Shown here in pieces: positions 62,968 to 64,000 of a stretch of 64,000 bases of DNA; the first letter of the stretch is position 1; every line of letters begins with the position of its first letter. Source of the stretch: Octopus sinensis (Eukaryota); contig NC_042999.1 of NCBI RefSeq assembly GCF_006345805.1, forward strand, positions 152,644,001 through 152,708,000. The letters run 5' to 3'. The translations under genes and the position numbers were made by a program. The notes under the pieces are model-generated. The model saw nothing but the letters and a program-made list of their open reading frames with translations. It had not been told where the DNA came from and did no database searches.

Positions 62968-63500
62968 TAATAATGATAATAATAATAATAATATTAATGA
63001 TGATGAAAAAGAAAGAAAAAGAAGAGGAAGGAGAAGAAGGAGATGAAAAAGAAGAAGAGGGAGAAAGGAAGAAAATATTAATAACAAGATTCATTTATAA
63101 AAAAAGTATCAAAAAAATAAACAATTGCTAAAAAATATCAACAAAAAAAAACAAAAAAAAAACAAAACATATATTGTAAAATATCAAAAAAGCAGTAAAA
63201 AAATAAGGAGAATAAAAATAAAAAGGAAAAATAAAAATAATATGAAATAATTAAGCAACATGTTGTAATTATCAACATCTTACATGATGGCAGCAAATAT
63301 TAGAAGTTGTCATCATCGTCATCATCATCAGCAGTAATTGTCTCCTCCTCTTCCTCCTCCTCAGCATCATCATCACCGAGAGCGTCATTACCGTCGTTAT
63401 CATTGTCGACGTCATCGTCATCACCACCGGCAACTTTGCCGCCACCACCACCGCCACCACCACCATCACTGCCGCCGCCTCCACCACCACCACAACCACC

Positions 63501-63552
<52 letters not shown>

Positions 63553-63636
63553 CCGTAGACATTGTGTCAACGTCGATGTCATTATCGTCGTAAACATCAG
63601 CATCGTCAATGTCTTCATCATCACCATCATCATCAC

Positions 63637-63675
<39 letters not shown>

Positions 63676-64000
63676 TCATATCATCATCTTCATTATCATC
63701 ATCGTCATAGTCATCATTATCATCATCATCATCATCACCATCGTCGTCGTCGTCTTCATCATCATCATCCCCATCATCCTTCTCTGTGAATTTGTTCTTT
63801 TGATTTAGGCTTATTGTTTAGGCTTATAAGACTTCATACAAAAAGATAAATGCCTTTGTGGCGTTCTGTTGCTTTTCAGCAGGTTCCTAGTTCAAAACCA
63901 GGAGAGAGCGACTCAGAGTTTCGCCTTTCGTGGACCGAAAATTTTATCGACTGTGCAACAGTTTCACCAAATTGTATAAATAAAGAATAAGATGAAGAAG

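Noticed and set aside
63866-63991. Apparent splice acceptor (TTGCTTTTCAG) followed by a 36-codon frame
   Set aside because: The sequence resembles a decayed SINE B core (GTTCAAA...CGCCTTTCG...GAAAATTT) better than an exon.

Overview
A eukaryotic, AT-rich, repeat-saturated 64-kb window with no host protein-coding gene that I can support. The repeat families and the density of di-, tri- and tetranucleotide microsatellites point to an octopus (coleoid cephalopod) genome; this is an inference, not a database result. Almost all ORFs in the supplied track are poly-amino-acid artefacts of microsatellites. Recognisable content is as follows. (i) More than 30 tRNA-derived SINE copies from about four families; one family forms head-plus-184-bp concatemers. 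(ii) Decayed non-LTR retrotransposons: R4/Dong-type RLE elements at 10.7-11.2, 36.9-39.3 and 52.7-53.3 kb; L1/Tx1 at 3.0-4.1 and 53.5-55.0 kb, with a gag-like ORF1 at 17.3-18.5 kb; CR1 at 23.6 and 25.6 kb; RTE-BovB at 60.1-61.2 kb. (iii) Penelope-like remnants carrying minimal type I hammerhead ribozyme motifs, two with an intact core (28891-28973 + and 51279-51400 -) and one variant (30862-30897 -). (iv) hAT and mariner ends. (v) A 9-copy 97-bp tandem array whose unit has two hairpins, a Pol III B-box and a T-run. (vi) A 100-N scaffold gap. The hammerhead/PLE modules, the structured 97-bp array and the SINE concatemers are the best leads. Element boundaries were read by eye and are approximate to about 10-20 bp unless a motif is quoted.
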